This document shows, piece after piece, positions 63,344 through 64,000 of a DNA stretch of 64,000 bases. The notes under the pieces were generated by a model that saw only the letters and a list, made by a program, of their open reading frames with translations, had not been told where the DNA came from and made no database searches. Both the position numbers and the translations under genes were made by a program. The stretch is from Octopus bimaculoides. Its lineage: Eukaryota. How positions within the stretch are numbered: position 1 is the stretch's first letter; the number at the start of each line of letters is the position of its first letter. The stretch covers positions 40,209,633-40,273,632 of the forward strand of contig NC_068981.1 of NCBI RefSeq assembly GCF_001194135.2, read 5' to 3'.

Positions 63344-64000
63344 CTGGGAGGAGATGTATATCAAATATCAAAGCAAATTTTAAATATAGTTTTCAACATC
63401 CCATTTTCTCTAAATTAAAGGATTCTGTGACCAAATGACTATAAAACGCTTTGTACATGACTGTTGATTGTTGGTAAATTGTCTGGCAGCCACATTATTT
63501 CAAACATTGCAACTAAAAATAATATATTACATCAACAATTAACTCCATCTAAAATATGTAAGAATGAATTTAAGATCTAAGGAATGAAGTAAATATATAA
63601 TTTTACTTAATTTTGGAATGGAGTAAGTTAGGTTATAATTATTTGAAAAAGAGAAGCAAATAGTGAATAACACAAGAATTCTCTATTCAGATACCATACT
63701 CTTCAAATTAGATATTTCAATCAACATATGCGATAAGCGAAATGAATTTAGAATTTAAGAATTCTAGCAACGTAAAATCAAGCGATGAGATATTTCGTTT
63801 TCTCCTTTATTAACTGCATATCACCTCCCGTACTCAGCTCTATTTCGATAATCTAACTAATTTTCTAAGCAGTATATATATATATATATATATATATATA
63901 AGCAATGTTAAATCTCTGAACGAGGTATTAACGGTAACTGCACGATAAAGTGAAGTATATTTGCCATTTAAATGTGGCTGACCCCTAAGGGTGGATGTTA

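Overview
Eukaryotic, AT-rich, microsatellite-dense draft-genome sequence with many N gaps. The repeat landscape suggests an octopus-type cephalopod (inference). Most ORF-track entries are spurious (microsatellites, gaps, antisense frames). Supported content: (1) a large, unidentified intron-rich gene on the minus strand, reconstructed by eye as a phase-consistent chain of 14 small GT-AG exons (63343 to 21070, about 370 aa) plus 2 downstream exons (16142 and 14167) after one unresolved junction; (2) stacked R4/Dong-type LINE fragments in (AAT)n at 1-8 kb; (3) an RTE LINE at 43.9-45.1 kb and a Tx1/L1-type LINE at 58-62 kb; (4) a decayed mariner with a nested Tigger-like MITE, other MITEs and many tRNA-derived SINEs; (5) a full-length 5S rRNA copy retroposed with a 41-nt foreign tail and an exact 14-bp target-site duplication; (6) a tRNA-headed element carrying a Penelope-type minimal hammerhead ribozyme with an inverted copy of its 3' part; (7) several intronic hairpins and inverted repeats. 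Repeat boundaries are approximate unless TSDs or splice sites are quoted.
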